This document shows positions 21,678-31,763 of a stretch of DNA of 64,000 nucleotides, in pieces. The notes below the pieces were generated by a model. It worked only from the letters and a program-made list of their open reading frames with translations. It was not told the origin of the DNA and ran no database searches. Origin of the DNA: Myxococcota bacterium (GTDB taxonomy: Bacteria; Myxococcota; XYA12-FULL-58-9; JABJBS01); assembly GCA_036339465.1 (NCBI GenBank), contig JAYZAY010000011.1, positions 96,001-160,000 of the forward strand, written 5' to 3'. A program made the position numbers and the translations under genes. Position 1 is the stretch's first letter. Each line of letters begins with the position of its first letter.

Positions 21678-23168
21678 CTAGTTTTCAGAGTCAAATGATA
21701 TCATATACTTAAGTATGTTTTGAGGGGTTTCTGCGTTGTGGCCGTCGAAACAGAATGATCTGGTTCGGCAATTTAGGCCATGTTTCAGTTCTTCACTTAG
21801 GGTCCAACGGTGGATACTGTCCACCACGCGACCGGTTAGGGTGTTTACCCGCCCGGCTTCGGTCTCGGGGGCGAGAATCAAGAAAATGCCGTCCTTATAG
21901 TAAAAAATTTCGTCGGTGGTCCGTACGGTAGAATTTATAATGTCTGCGGCTTCGGTCAGAGATGATTGAAGGATTTCGGGAGGCGGGTCTGATGAAAATT
22001 TTAGCTGAACCCCTACCAAGGAGAAGGGATGTCCATACCGTCTTGTTCTGTCGAATTCGTGTAGAAATCGTTTTCCGAAATAGGCAAAGGTTCCCGAACT
22101 TATTCTCTCTAGGGAAATGGGTAATGTGATACTGTTATAAACGGCAAATTTGGAAGGTTCATCGAATTCTAGTGGACTTTGTCTTGAGGTTTGAACGGTT
22201 CGGGTGGGAGTAAGACCATAGGCCTGGGTTGCAAAATAACGAATGGTGTCTATTTCGTTTGATTCAATGGCATTGAATCGGATTCCCATACCACTTTCCT
22301 GCTCAGCGATGCCATGTCTCACAACCTGTCCGTGAAGGAGAACCGGGAGACTTCCTCGGTTTGTTGGAACATTTGATACGAGGGATAATGTGGTACCGAT
22401 GGGCTCTGGATTTTCTGTGGTGAGGAAGATCCCCCCTTCACTTATATTCACACTTTGTTCTGTTCGAATCCCACCCGTACTGACAAATTTAACTTGTAGT
22501 TTGAGTGCCTGGCGGGGGGTGCCTCTTAGTTCATTTGATGATGATAAGGCTCTGAGGATTGAGGCAGCGGGAGAATCGATTTCAAGCGGGTCGACGATTT
22601 GCCATGCACTGTATGCGTCGGAATAACCCTTGAGCTCTAAATCGTGGACGGCATTGAGTGTAAATTCCTCGCCTAGGGCTGTGCCGGTATTTGCACAGAC
22701 CAAGGTTGAGCCAGGAGGCGCCCTATCTTGAAGTCTCGATGCGAGATTTACCGTATCTCCAACGGCGGTATAGTCTTGGTGTTGGCCAAGTTCAACGCCG
22801 CCCAACATGACATCTCCGGATGCGATTCCTACTCTAATTTGTAGCTGGATGTTGGTGTTCGATTTGATGAGTTTTTGATTGAGAGAGGTTACAGCGCGGT
22901 GCATGTCGAGTGCCGTTTGAGCAGCCGCTTTTTTTTGACTTTTAGTCGGTTTGGGGGCACCGAAGAAAGCCAAAATTCCGTCGCCGAGAAACTTGTTAAC
23001 GTTTCCCTCGTTTCCTTCGATGATTTCTGCCATTTTCTCAAGGTATTGATTAAGTACGAGCTTGAGTCGTTCTGGCCCTATTTTCTTTGACAAAGCGGTG
23101 TAGCCTTTGATGTCACTGAAAAGGATGGTGGTATAGTGCTTCTTCATTGTTTGGGGGTCAGAATTCAT
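21678..23168 (-). CDS. Class III adenylate cyclase - PilZ - degenerate GGDEF fusion
   Basis: TILFSDIKGYT, KFLGDG, YTAVGDTVNLASRL; RGTPR and NISEGG; EFDRTRRYGHPFSL, VRTTD, YKDGIF. Confidence 0.85.
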   Translation of the reverse strand: MNSDPQTMKKHYTTILFSDIKGYTALSKKIGPERLKLVLNQYLEKMAEIIEGNEGNVNKFLGDGILAFFGAPKPTKSQKKAAAQTALDMHRAVTSLNQKLIKSNTNIQLQIRVGIASGDVMLGGVELGQHQDYTAVGDTVNLASRLQDRAPPGSTLVCANTGTALGEEFTLNAVHDLELKGYSDAYSAWQIVDPLEIDSPAASILRALSSSNELRGTPRQALKLQVKFVSTGGIRTEQSVNISEGGIFLTTENPEPIGTTLSLVSNVPTNRGSLPVLLHGQVVRHGIAEQESGMGIRFNAIESNEIDTIRYFATQAYGLTPTRTVQTSRQSPLEFDEPSKFAVYNSITLPISLERISSGTFAYFGKRFLHEFDRTRRYGHPFSLVGVQLKFSSDPPPEILQSSLTEAADIINSTVRTTDEIFYYKDGIFLILAPETEAGRVNTLTGRVVDSIHRWTLSEELKHGLNCRTRSFCFDGHNAETPQNILKYMISFDSEN

Positions 23169-23176
23169 AATGAAGT

Positions 23177-23196
23177 CATATCCGATTCGGGATATG
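23177..23196. promoter_or_regulatory. Inverted repeat (possible operator) just upstream of the cyclase start
   Basis: CATATCC-N6-GGATATG perfect inverted repeat, 8 nt from the ATG at 23168. Confidence 0.4.
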
Positions 23197-23407
23197 GGGG
23201 CCAGGAACTAGTGCGTGATTCTGGGCCATCGACACATCTTTAGCTGGTTGTATGCTTGCCCACTGCGTTTTCTCTTTTCTGCTTCGTGCCTTGTGGGAGC
23301 CAAGCCCTATTTGTACCCCCCACCGTGTTCGTGGCAAAGGATTCACGACGACTCATAACCCAAAGCTCCCTGAATCGGAGACCTGTTCGGTGATTTAACT
23401 TCTAAGA

Positions 23408-26400
23408 TCAAAATTGCCCGATGGATATGTGAACTTCGAATTGCCGCTCACCCAATGCACTGATTGGTTTGGGGTTGAAGCCCATGTTGAAAACCAGAGG
23501 TCCAGCGGGTGTCCGGTAGTTGATGCCGATTCCTAAGGACCAACGAAGCAGTTGTTTCGTTGGTGGGATTTTTTCGAACCATAGATTTCCTGCTTCGGCG
23601 AATAGATCGATGCCGAGATTGCCAAAGAGAGGAAGTCGCAATTCTGATTTGATCAAGCCATAGATCAATCCCCCCGGTGGGGGGCCTACGCATTCTTGAG
23701 CTTCCCCTTCACAACCCGTAGGAAATTCGTAGTCGGCCGGATAGATGGCATCATGGGAATAGCCTCGAAGGCTCGTTCTTCCCCCTAAAAAAAATCTTTC
23801 ATCGAGTGGTGGCTCTGAGTCCATTTTATGAATGTATCCCCCCCTTAGAGCAAGAGCGAGGACGGTCGTTCCGAGGGGTAAATAGGCGGAGGTTCTTCCT
23901 TCTACTTTGGTGAATGCGTAGGTGCTTTTTGGGGGGGCAGCAGTCAAATGAGCGGAGGCACTGTTTCGTTCTTCATATTGGCCTGAAGCATATTTAGCGT
24001 CGATACTCACTACAAATCCACGGGTTGGCATGAGGGGGGAATCTCTGAAGTCCAGGGTAAAACGCGGTCCTATCTTAAATCCGAGTCGACTACCGGGATT
24101 AATTCGAAGTCGTACATTCGCGTCTTGAAAAATTTCATCACTACAATCGAGAAGTTTGTCATTTTCGAAGCATTCCAGAAAGGTGGAGTTGAGCTGTGGT
24201 TCAATGGCTAGTTTGAAGCTTGGTACGGGATTGATTTCAAAGCCAAAGATGGCCGCAAAGGTTTCTAGAAAGTATGAGATTCGATTGTCTCTTTCATTGA
24301 CGAAGTCGATAAAGAACGATGGGTTTAGGGTTAGCTGTGAAAAGCTGGGGGATTTTAGTCCAATGCGCACTTGCCGTTCTAGGGCCTGAGATAGCTGGGC
24401 AGACCAACTGGTGTAGCTGTCATATTTTTCAATCATTGCGGTAGCGGCAGAACCATAAAGGTTAAAAAAGACCTGCCGATTGAGCTTAATCGAAGAAGTT
24501 AGCTGAGCTCCTTGCCTCAGGAGGTTTTGATGGCCGTAACTCAATCGCAGTCGGGGGCCATCTTCTGTGGACAGGCCACCACTCAACTGGATTTTATGAC
24601 GCGGGCGTTCAATGACTCGGACAACCAAATCTTTTCGCTCGTCGGGGATATCGGGGTCTAGAAGTCTGATTTGGACCGTAGAAAAAATGCCGGTAGCTGT
24701 AAGTCTATTTTGGTCTTCTAAGGCTTTGTTTAGGCGATAGATGTCCCCTTTTTTGAATGTTAATCGATTCCTTATAAAATTTGGGTCAGTGTGTCGGTTG
24801 CCCTGGATCAATATTTGGGTGATCCTTACGAGAGGGCCCTCCTCAATTAGGAAGGTGACATTGGTCTGTCCTGTTTCCGAGGCTTTCGTGTGGCTCCAAT
24901 TGACTTTCGCGTAGAGATAGCCTCGTTCTCGATAACGACGGACAAGATTAATCCGAGCTTCCTCAAATTTTTTGAGGGAGACAGGGGTGTTGTTTGTGAA
25001 GCTAAGTGGCTCAGTTATCCAGTTTAGAATCGTTGTAGCTGTTAGATCTTTGTTACCTCGAATTGAGATAGAGTTGAGCCGATAGCGGGTTCCCTCAGAA
25101 ACGTGAATTTCAATATCGTGCCTTTTTTTTATTTCCGTTACGTTACCCAACGTCATTTTTATGTCGAGGTACCCTGCTTCACTGTATAGATTCTCGAGGT
25201 GGCTGAGGGATTTTTTCAATTCGATGGGAACCCAGCGCTCGGTAGGGGGCAAAATGCGGGGGCTAGTATTGAGTTGAGAAAGTGGCGGTAATTTTCCCCC
25301 AGAACTGCTAATAACTTGGTCGAAAGGACTTAGTGGGTCGAGTAGTTCCTTGTTGACATGGCTACTTTTGAGTACTGTCTTAATTTCATCGATTATCTTT
25401 TCTGTTGATAAATATCGATTGCCTTGAATGGTAATATTTCCTCTTTTTTGGAGCGGACCTTCATTGATTTCGAAAAGATGGAGGATCACATTTTCTTTAG
25501 TGAGTGCTATTTGGGAGAGTTTTATTTCTGCCTTTCCGTAGCCAAGCCTTTGATAAACATCCTTGAGTATGTTTTTAAATGTTCTATTTGCCCCCGGTGT
25601 GAAGCGTTTTCTCCGGTCCGGCCAAAGTTCTTCGAGAGCCTTGGCTGATAGAATCATGTTGTTTTTGAAAATACGCTGATATCGCGCTCCCAGGTCAATG
25701 GTAAATTCGACATCACAGCGCTCTGGTTGTGGGAAAAAGAGTTTGGGTGCTCTCACTTTGGCGGTCCAATACCCCCTGCGTACGAAGAAATCTACGAGTC
25801 TTTCGCGCTCCGAATCGAGCAATGCTTGATTGAGTCTGGTTCCCTGTTTTGTTGCTATGTTTCGGAGTAAGACTTGCCTTTGTAGATCAGTGGATAGCCC
25901 TAAGAATTTTATGGATTGGATGAGACTGGGCGGCCCCTCTTCCACATTGATAATTAGGTGGCGTCCTCGTAATGACTCTTTTTGGATGACGATGTCCACT
26001 TTGGGTTGCCGAAATCCGTTGGCGTTAAGGAATCTTTCTAGATTGTTTTGGATGCGTGTGGTTGAATTGTTCTCCAAGAAACTGCCTACGCGGAGATTGA
26101 GCCTGGAACGTATGGAGGTTTCATCGAGGATACTTAAACCCTGTATGGAGATATCCTCGAGCACCAACCTGGGTTCTAGTACAAAGGTTAATTCCACGGC
26201 ACCTCCTAGGCGCTTGGCAAAGACCCGAATATTCTGGAATTTTCCTGTGCCATAGATTCGCTTGATCGCTGTTTGAATATCCTGCTCATGCAGTAGAAAG
26301 CCGGGATGAATATCGATGAGTTCTCGTAGTTGTGATGGATAGAGCTCTTCTGGAGCCACCACGTTGACCGAAAGAACCGGTTGGTTCCGGTATGGTGAAA

Positions 26401-26452
26401 GCGGATCTGAACTCATAAGGTTCAGGGATAAAATGAGCGCGAAGTATAACAT
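23408..26452 (-). CDS. BamA/TamA (Omp85) family outer-membrane protein with multiple POTRA domains
   Basis: Repeated POTRA-type motifs (EGP..I..I.I.GN), ERFFLGG..SLRGY, YRTPAGP, terminal F. Confidence 0.9.
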   Translation of the reverse strand: MLYFALILSLNLMSSDPLSPYRNQPVLSVNVVAPEELYPSQLRELIDIHPGFLLHEQDIQTAIKRIYGTGKFQNIRVFAKRLGGAVELTFVLEPRLVLEDISIQGLSILDETSIRSRLNLRVGSFLENNSTTRIQNNLERFLNANGFRQPKVDIVIQKESLRGRHLIINVEEGPPSLIQSIKFLGLSTDLQRQVLLRNIATKQGTRLNQALLDSERERLVDFFVRRGYWTAKVRAPKLFFPQPERCDVEFTIDLGARYQRIFKNNMILSAKALEELWPDRRKRFTPGANRTFKNILKDVYQRLGYGKAEIKLSQIALTKENVILHLFEINEGPLQKRGNITIQGNRYLSTEKIIDEIKTVLKSSHVNKELLDPLSPFDQVISSSGGKLPPLSQLNTSPRILPPTERWVPIELKKSLSHLENLYSEAGYLDIKMTLGNVTEIKKRHDIEIHVSEGTRYRLNSISIRGNKDLTATTILNWITEPLSFTNNTPVSLKKFEEARINLVRRYRERGYLYAKVNWSHTKASETGQTNVTFLIEEGPLVRITQILIQGNRHTDPNFIRNRLTFKKGDIYRLNKALEDQNRLTATGIFSTVQIRLLDPDIPDERKDLVVRVIERPRHKIQLSGGLSTEDGPRLRLSYGHQNLLRQGAQLTSSIKLNRQVFFNLYGSAATAMIEKYDSYTSWSAQLSQALERQVRIGLKSPSFSQLTLNPSFFIDFVNERDNRISYFLETFAAIFGFEINPVPSFKLAIEPQLNSTFLECFENDKLLDCSDEIFQDANVRLRINPGSRLGFKIGPRFTLDFRDSPLMPTRGFVVSIDAKYASGQYEERNSASAHLTAAPPKSTYAFTKVEGRTSAYLPLGTTVLALALRGGYIHKMDSEPPLDERFFLGGRTSLRGYSHDAIYPADYEFPTGCEGEAQECVGPPPGGLIYGLIKSELRLPLFGNLGIDLFAEAGNLWFEKIPPTKQLLRWSLGIGINYRTPAGPLVFNMGFNPKPISALGERQFEVHISIGQF

Positions 26453-26474
26453 GTTGTTGTTTGCTTATTCGACG

Positions 26475-29400
26475 TTAGTCAAATTTCCAATCTAAGCGCA
26501 AATCTAAACCAAGATCTCCAATGGTTACCCGGCTTTCACTAACCCAAGTACCTTCTAGAATGACCCCCGGTTTAATATTGTATTCAAGGCTAAAGACGTG
26601 TTGTTCATCTTGTTCGTAGAGTGGTCCATTGTATTCGAGCTGCCATTTAGCGCCGAGTTCTTTTGACACTTGAATTCGTGGTTCGATACGACGACTTGTT
26701 TTGGAGTATCCACTTGTGAGTGAAAACTGGTCTACGAGGGGAAGATAGTTCTTAATCTGAGAATCCATACCCGTCACTTTCCAGAGAGCATCCATCGCTC
26801 CGGGAAGAACGCCGAGTCCCTCCCCATTTTCCCCACCGAGATTCGCAGTATTCAAGCTATCCAAACGAAGGCCAAATTGTGCACATAAGAGTGCCTCTTG
26901 GGGTTCTACGGGGCCGGAATCATCTTGTCCCGTGGCGGAAATGGTATATCGGTCGGCATCTCCCCTGACCATGACCATAAGTGAAAGTCCACAAGCCTCG
27001 GTGGTGGCGCGGAGGTCATATCGGGGGCGGATCGCATATTCGTCGATGAAGTCGACGGTAGCATGTTGCACTCTGTAGTGATTTCCGCCGAGGGTGATGT
27101 TGGCCCAAATTAGTGATGCCGAACCCAATAGACCGATCCTTTGGGTGGTTCCTGTTAAGTCAAGCTCTGCTTGAAGCTCTGACTCAATGAAATTGTTGAT
27201 GAAAATAATATTGTCATCGGCCTTTAGCTTAATGCGAAGGTTAATGGGGGCTTGTGCTTCGGATTCGATACCCTGGGATTGATTGGCGAGACCGAGAAGA
27301 TGCTTGAGGTCGATATTGGCATCGTATCGAAGTGATTGAAGTTCAATATCTCCTCGAAGCTGTAACTCATTGGATAAACCATTGAGTTGAAGTTGACCGC
27401 TGGCAACAAGATCGAGATTACTCAAGGGTTTCCAATAGACTTCGTTAATATCGAGCAGGAGGTCGAATTCAGGTTTTTGGTTGGCATGGAGAATCATATT
27501 TCCTTGGCCATTCACAATGCCATCTTTAATGTGACCAGAAAAGTTTTCAATATGAACGGTCCTTCCGCTGAATCGAAGTTCACTTTCCAATTCATTGAGT
27601 TCCAAACCAAGGGAATCTACTTTGAGGTGAGCATCGGACATGACGGCTCGTCCGGAGATGCTGGGATTGTTCAACGGTCCATCGATTTGTAGTGCAAAGT
27701 TAATGGGCGCTTTTCCTGAGCTGAGTTCGACGAGTTTAAGCAGTTCCTTAAAATCCCCTGTGCCGGAGGTTGTTAATTGGACTTGGCCATTTTCGTCCAA
27801 TGTACCACGCAAGGTCCCCCTGAGCTGACCGTTTGTGATGACGCTAGGCTCGATCGTGAGTAATTTTTCAGACAGTTGCATTCGAATGGGGCCTTCGTTT
27901 CGAAATTCCTGGTCGTGAATTTTCAGGTGGAGTTGGTTGAGTTCCGAATCGATGCCTATTTTCTCGATTTCTTCGAGAGTTCCTTGGGCGAACACGCTGC
28001 CTGAGGTGATCGCTTTGAGAGCGGGGGGCAAGGGAACAAGCTTGTTTGCGAGAATATTGATGAATGACAATGTGCCCGCGAAGCTGTAGTCGTTTTTTTG
28101 ATTGATGTTAAATTCACCCGTGAGGGTATTTTCTATAGCGGCTACCTTGAGGTTTATCTGGCCGGCGTTTGCTTCAAATGTTGCGCTTATCTTTCCGAAG
28201 TCAGCGTCGTTTAGTTTAGCGTTGTCCACACGGATGATTCCCATTCCGCTCATCATGTGGAAAAAATTTCTCATTTTGGTTTGACCTGACAAAGTGCCTT
28301 GTAATTTGGTCCCATCCAACCAAGGGTTGAAAATGGATGTGGGAACTTCTTGGGCTTTTAGGGCGAGGTCTAATTGGTTGAGTTTAGGTAGAAGTATTTT
28401 GGCTTCCAGGTTTCCGCTTCCAGGGCTGTGGGTGGTCGTCATCGCCATGATATTTCCATTTTGACGAAGCTGAATATTTCCTGTTGTTTCACCTATTTCA
28501 ACATCCCGATATTCGAGGGAGGGACTGTGAAATGATATTTGACCCTCCAGTTTTTCCAAGGGCCCGCGGAGATTGGCTTCTGCATTGACGAGTCCCTTGA
28601 GCCCCACACGCACCTCGGGAAGTAGGTCTAGGGCTTCGAGTAACTCGATACCTTCGGTTTGGTTTGTTTTGACGAAAAGTTCGGTTTGGTCGGGATGGAA
28701 AAAGTGAATGCGCCCTTTTCCTTCAAGATAGCCAAGTTTATAGCGGAGTTTTGCCCGTAGGATGTGAAGGATTTCTTTGTGGTACATTACCGTAGATGTG
28801 GTTTTTCCTAATTGGATTCCTGCAATGGCAAGGTCTTTCATCTCTACCGTACCCGAGAGAGCCAGCGATTTTAAGGGGCCCTCCAAGGTTGCAGCTATAT
28901 TGCCGAATCCCTCGTAGGAGAGGCCGGCGATGGGACCGAATCTTTTCAGGTTTACGCGTGTGCCATGGATTTGTAGTTCAGATAATTGGGGTGCGGCTAT
29001 AGCAATTGAACCGTTTACGGCGAAGGTGGCCCCTGCCATTCTAAGTTTTGTGCCTAGAAAATGAATTGATTCCCGAGACCAGCTGAATGCACCCGAGATA
29101 GCGGTGGGGGGGATGGTGATAATATGTTCGCCGTTTGATGAAATGACTGTGGGGGTGTTTAGGTTGAGTGCCACAGTGGTTCGGTGTCGTTTTTGTCTCG
29201 AGACAGGGTTTGTTTTCAAAGTACCGCTTAAAGTTGTTTCGACAGGGTAGGGAGATTCTATGCCGAAAATCGGGTAGAGTGTGCTTAGTTTTATGGTGCT
29301 TAATTCGAGATTGACCTTGAGGGAATCTAGGGGGGAATTCAGATTTGCTTGGAGGCTGGCAATGAGTTTCTTCTCTTTGTTTTGGGTCCACACGATTTTT

Positions 29401-30371
29401 TCAAGCGAGATCCTTTCAAGGGTACTCTTTCCCTTGATGACAAGATTTCCAGCTCCCAGCCCAGGCGCTTCGACTTCGTTGCCCGCAAAGTGGAAATCAG
29501 CTTCTAACTTGTCGAGAGGTCCTTTAAGATTGGTTTGATAGGATAGAGAACCTTTGAGGTCGATGTCTGTGAAGAAGTTGCAAATAGAGTAAAGATCTAA
29601 TTTTCCGTGAACACTCATGGTGAGATTTGGAGTTTGAAGGTAGGGAAACTCAAAGCTTCCAGCCAATAGAGCTTCCGATTTGTTTGTCTGCAGAACCAGG
29701 GACGGTATTGTAAATGTTGGGTAGCCGAATTCAGGATGACGACCCAGTACGAAATCCCCTTGAATTCCTATTTTTGCAATCTTACCAGTTGCAATATGCT
29801 TGATGATACCTTCTCTAATTTCCAACTCATAACTGTGTTCTGAGCCCAATGTGGAACGTGAGAGCTGGGCTGAGTTGAGTTGAATCATCACGTCTTGCTG
29901 CGTCAAATGGATGGTTACATCGAATAATTCTATATTTGGAAACTGCAGTTTCAAAAGGCCAAGCTCATCCTCATTTGTCGAATCTCTTTGGTACTTAGGT
30001 GGGGGTGGCTCTGAGTTTTCTTCAATATGGCCAAGAATTCCCCAGGCCACGACGCGAAATGGTAATTTATCTGGAGATAGGAGGTGAAAGTAATTTGGTC
30101 GGACTGAAAGAAGTCGGACCTGCCCATGGTGAAGGTCTTGGTTATCTCCAACGGGAATTTCATTAAACCGGAGGTCTCGGACTTGTAGTTCGAGTGGAAG
30201 AAATTTGAATTCAACCGAAGCTAGGGAGACATCCTGCCCGAAATGTTCTTTTAGAAGGTTGGTGGTCCAAGGGGCTAAGGTCTCTGGGGTAAAATAGACC
30301 TTGGCCAGCACGCCCATAAGGATCAGGCTTAGGGAAATTACCAGTAGGATTAATTGACCCAATCTTTTCAT
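26475..30371 (-). CDS. TamB/AsmA-like translocation and assembly protein
   Basis: 1298 aa, N-terminal TM anchor, long beta-rich body, C-terminal GLDLRLDWKFD; adjacent to an Omp85 gene. Confidence 0.8.
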   Translation of the reverse strand: MKRLGQLILLVISLSLILMGVLAKVYFTPETLAPWTTNLLKEHFGQDVSLASVEFKFLPLELQVRDLRFNEIPVGDNQDLHHGQVRLLSVRPNYFHLLSPDKLPFRVVAWGILGHIEENSEPPPPKYQRDSTNEDELGLLKLQFPNIELFDVTIHLTQQDVMIQLNSAQLSRSTLGSEHSYELEIREGIIKHIATGKIAKIGIQGDFVLGRHPEFGYPTFTIPSLVLQTNKSEALLAGSFEFPYLQTPNLTMSVHGKLDLYSICNFFTDIDLKGSLSYQTNLKGPLDKLEADFHFAGNEVEAPGLGAGNLVIKGKSTLERISLEKIVWTQNKEKKLIASLQANLNSPLDSLKVNLELSTIKLSTLYPIFGIESPYPVETTLSGTLKTNPVSRQKRHRTTVALNLNTPTVISSNGEHIITIPPTAISGAFSWSRESIHFLGTKLRMAGATFAVNGSIAIAAPQLSELQIHGTRVNLKRFGPIAGLSYEGFGNIAATLEGPLKSLALSGTVEMKDLAIAGIQLGKTTSTVMYHKEILHILRAKLRYKLGYLEGKGRIHFFHPDQTELFVKTNQTEGIELLEALDLLPEVRVGLKGLVNAEANLRGPLEKLEGQISFHSPSLEYRDVEIGETTGNIQLRQNGNIMAMTTTHSPGSGNLEAKILLPKLNQLDLALKAQEVPTSIFNPWLDGTKLQGTLSGQTKMRNFFHMMSGMGIIRVDNAKLNDADFGKISATFEANAGQINLKVAAIENTLTGEFNINQKNDYSFAGTLSFINILANKLVPLPPALKAITSGSVFAQGTLEEIEKIGIDSELNQLHLKIHDQEFRNEGPIRMQLSEKLLTIEPSVITNGQLRGTLRGTLDENGQVQLTTSGTGDFKELLKLVELSSGKAPINFALQIDGPLNNPSISGRAVMSDAHLKVDSLGLELNELESELRFSGRTVHIENFSGHIKDGIVNGQGNMILHANQKPEFDLLLDINEVYWKPLSNLDLVASGQLQLNGLSNELQLRGDIELQSLRYDANIDLKHLLGLANQSQGIESEAQAPINLRIKLKADDNIIFINNFIESELQAELDLTGTTQRIGLLGSASLIWANITLGGNHYRVQHATVDFIDEYAIRPRYDLRATTEACGLSLMVMVRGDADRYTISATGQDDSGPVEPQEALLCAQFGLRLDSLNTANLGGENGEGLGVLPGAMDALWKVTGMDSQIKNYLPLVDQFSLTSGYSKTSRRIEPRIQVSKELGAKWQLEYNGPLYEQDEQHVFSLEYNIKPGVILEGTWVSESRVTIGDLGLDLRLDWKFD

Positions 30372-30428
30372 CGCCAGTTTCTCGTGAGCTAACCCATGGA
30401 TATTGAAGCATTCTCTATGGCTTAGAGG

Positions 30429-31658
30429 CTAGCATGTTGGTGGGAGGGACGTCTCCTTTTTGACGGACGCTTGAATAAAGTCAATAATTTTATGGGCCAC
30501 AGCTATTTTGGGTTGGTCGATCACCATTTGGGTCTCTCCCTCTTTGTTTAAGAGCAAGACCGTATTTGTTGCTGAGCCAAACCCCCCTTCGGGGGCAGTA
30601 ATGTCGTTGGCAACAATCAAATCGAGTCCCTTCTGGGCTAATTTTTCCCGCGCATATTTCTCCAGTTGTTCACTTTCTGCAGCAAAACCGACCATATACT
30701 GCCCCTTTTTCTGTTGAGAGAGGGTTTGGATGATGTCTGGGTTTTTTGTTAGGGCGATGGATTTCAGATTGCTTTTGCCTTTTTTCAGCTTTTGAGCCGA
30801 AGGCTGAGCCGGGCGAAAGTCTGCGGGGGCGGCGGCCATAATCACCGTGTGGACCTTGTTTAAGCGTGTTGCACAGGCTTGGAGCATCTCTTGGGTAGAA
30901 TTGACTTTAACCACTTCCTCCAGGTTGGTTGGTGTTGGCAATAGGGTGGGTCCGTGGACGAGATGCACATGGGCGCCTCGCTCGGTGGCTGCCTGGGCTA
31001 TGGCAAATCCCATTTTTCCTGAGGAGGGGTTTGAGAGAAATCTTGCCGGATCGATGGGTTCACGGGTGGGGCCGGCGGTGACGAGGATGTGTTTTTCGAT
31101 GAGGTCTTGCGGATAAAAAGCGCGACGAAAGAAATCGAGAATCACGTCGGGTTCTGGAAGTCGACCTATACCCTCTCGTCCTGATGCCAATGCTCCATTG
31201 TTGGGGTGTAAGATCTTGAAACCGCGTTTCCGAAGATTTTCCAGATTGTGGATGGTTGGGAGAGCATTCCACATCTCTGTTTCCATAGCCGGAGCGAGGC
31301 AAACGGGGTTTGGGGTACTTAAACAGAGGGCGGTTAGGGGATCTGTGGCTCGTCCCTGGGCCAGACGACTCAACAGATCGGCCGTGGTTGGGGCGATGAG
31401 GCTTGCGGTTACCCGGTGGGCGAGTTCCACGTGAGAAACTTCTCCGGATTCCGAACTGGACCAAAGATTTGTGAGGGGGCGTCGTCCAGCTAAGACGGCG
31501 ACGGAGAGTGGCGTCACGAAACGTTCTGCATTGGGGGTCATGATTGGCCAGACATTGGCCCCTTCTTCTACGAGTTTTCGGATCAAATAAAGGCTTTTGT
31601 AGGCCGCTATTCCGCCCGAAATACCAATGGCGATGTCTTTACCTTGCAGCATTACCAA
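30429..31658 (-). CDS. coaBC: Phosphopantothenoylcysteine decarboxylase/ligase
   Basis: GGIAAYK, APAMETEMW, TAGPTREPIDP, NPSSGKMG, GFAAE, IVAND. Confidence 0.95.
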   Translation of the reverse strand: MVMLQGKDIAIGISGGIAAYKSLYLIRKLVEEGANVWPIMTPNAERFVTPLSVAVLAGRRPLTNLWSSSESGEVSHVELAHRVTASLIAPTTADLLSRLAQGRATDPLTALCLSTPNPVCLAPAMETEMWNALPTIHNLENLRKRGFKILHPNNGALASGREGIGRLPEPDVILDFFRRAFYPQDLIEKHILVTAGPTREPIDPARFLSNPSSGKMGFAIAQAATERGAHVHLVHGPTLLPTPTNLEEVVKVNSTQEMLQACATRLNKVHTVIMAAAPADFRPAQPSAQKLKKGKSNLKSIALTKNPDIIQTLSQQKKGQYMVGFAAESEQLEKYAREKLAQKGLDLIVANDITAPEGGFGSATNTVLLLNKEGETQMVIDQPKIAVAHKIIDFIQASVKKETSLPPTC

Positions 31659-31763
31659 CCTATAGCGTATTCGTGCTGGGAGCGGTAGGGCTTGTGAGTT
31701 GTAGAATGACCCTTACTCTTGTGTGGATTGAGCACCCGAAAATGTTCTAGGAGGCTAGTGGCT

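Noticed and set aside
22460..22475. tRNA T-arm-like GTTCGAATCC (also GGTTCGATTCC near 13700)
   Set aside because: Both lie inside protein-coding genes, with no cloverleaf
23330..23400. c-di-GMP-I riboswitch or 6S RNA, suggested by GGCAAA..CAAAGC and GTGTTCGTG
   Set aside because: Lacks the GGCAAACC..GAAA..GGGACGCAAAGC architecture, lies on the strand opposite the cyclase, and no long 6S-like hairpin is evident
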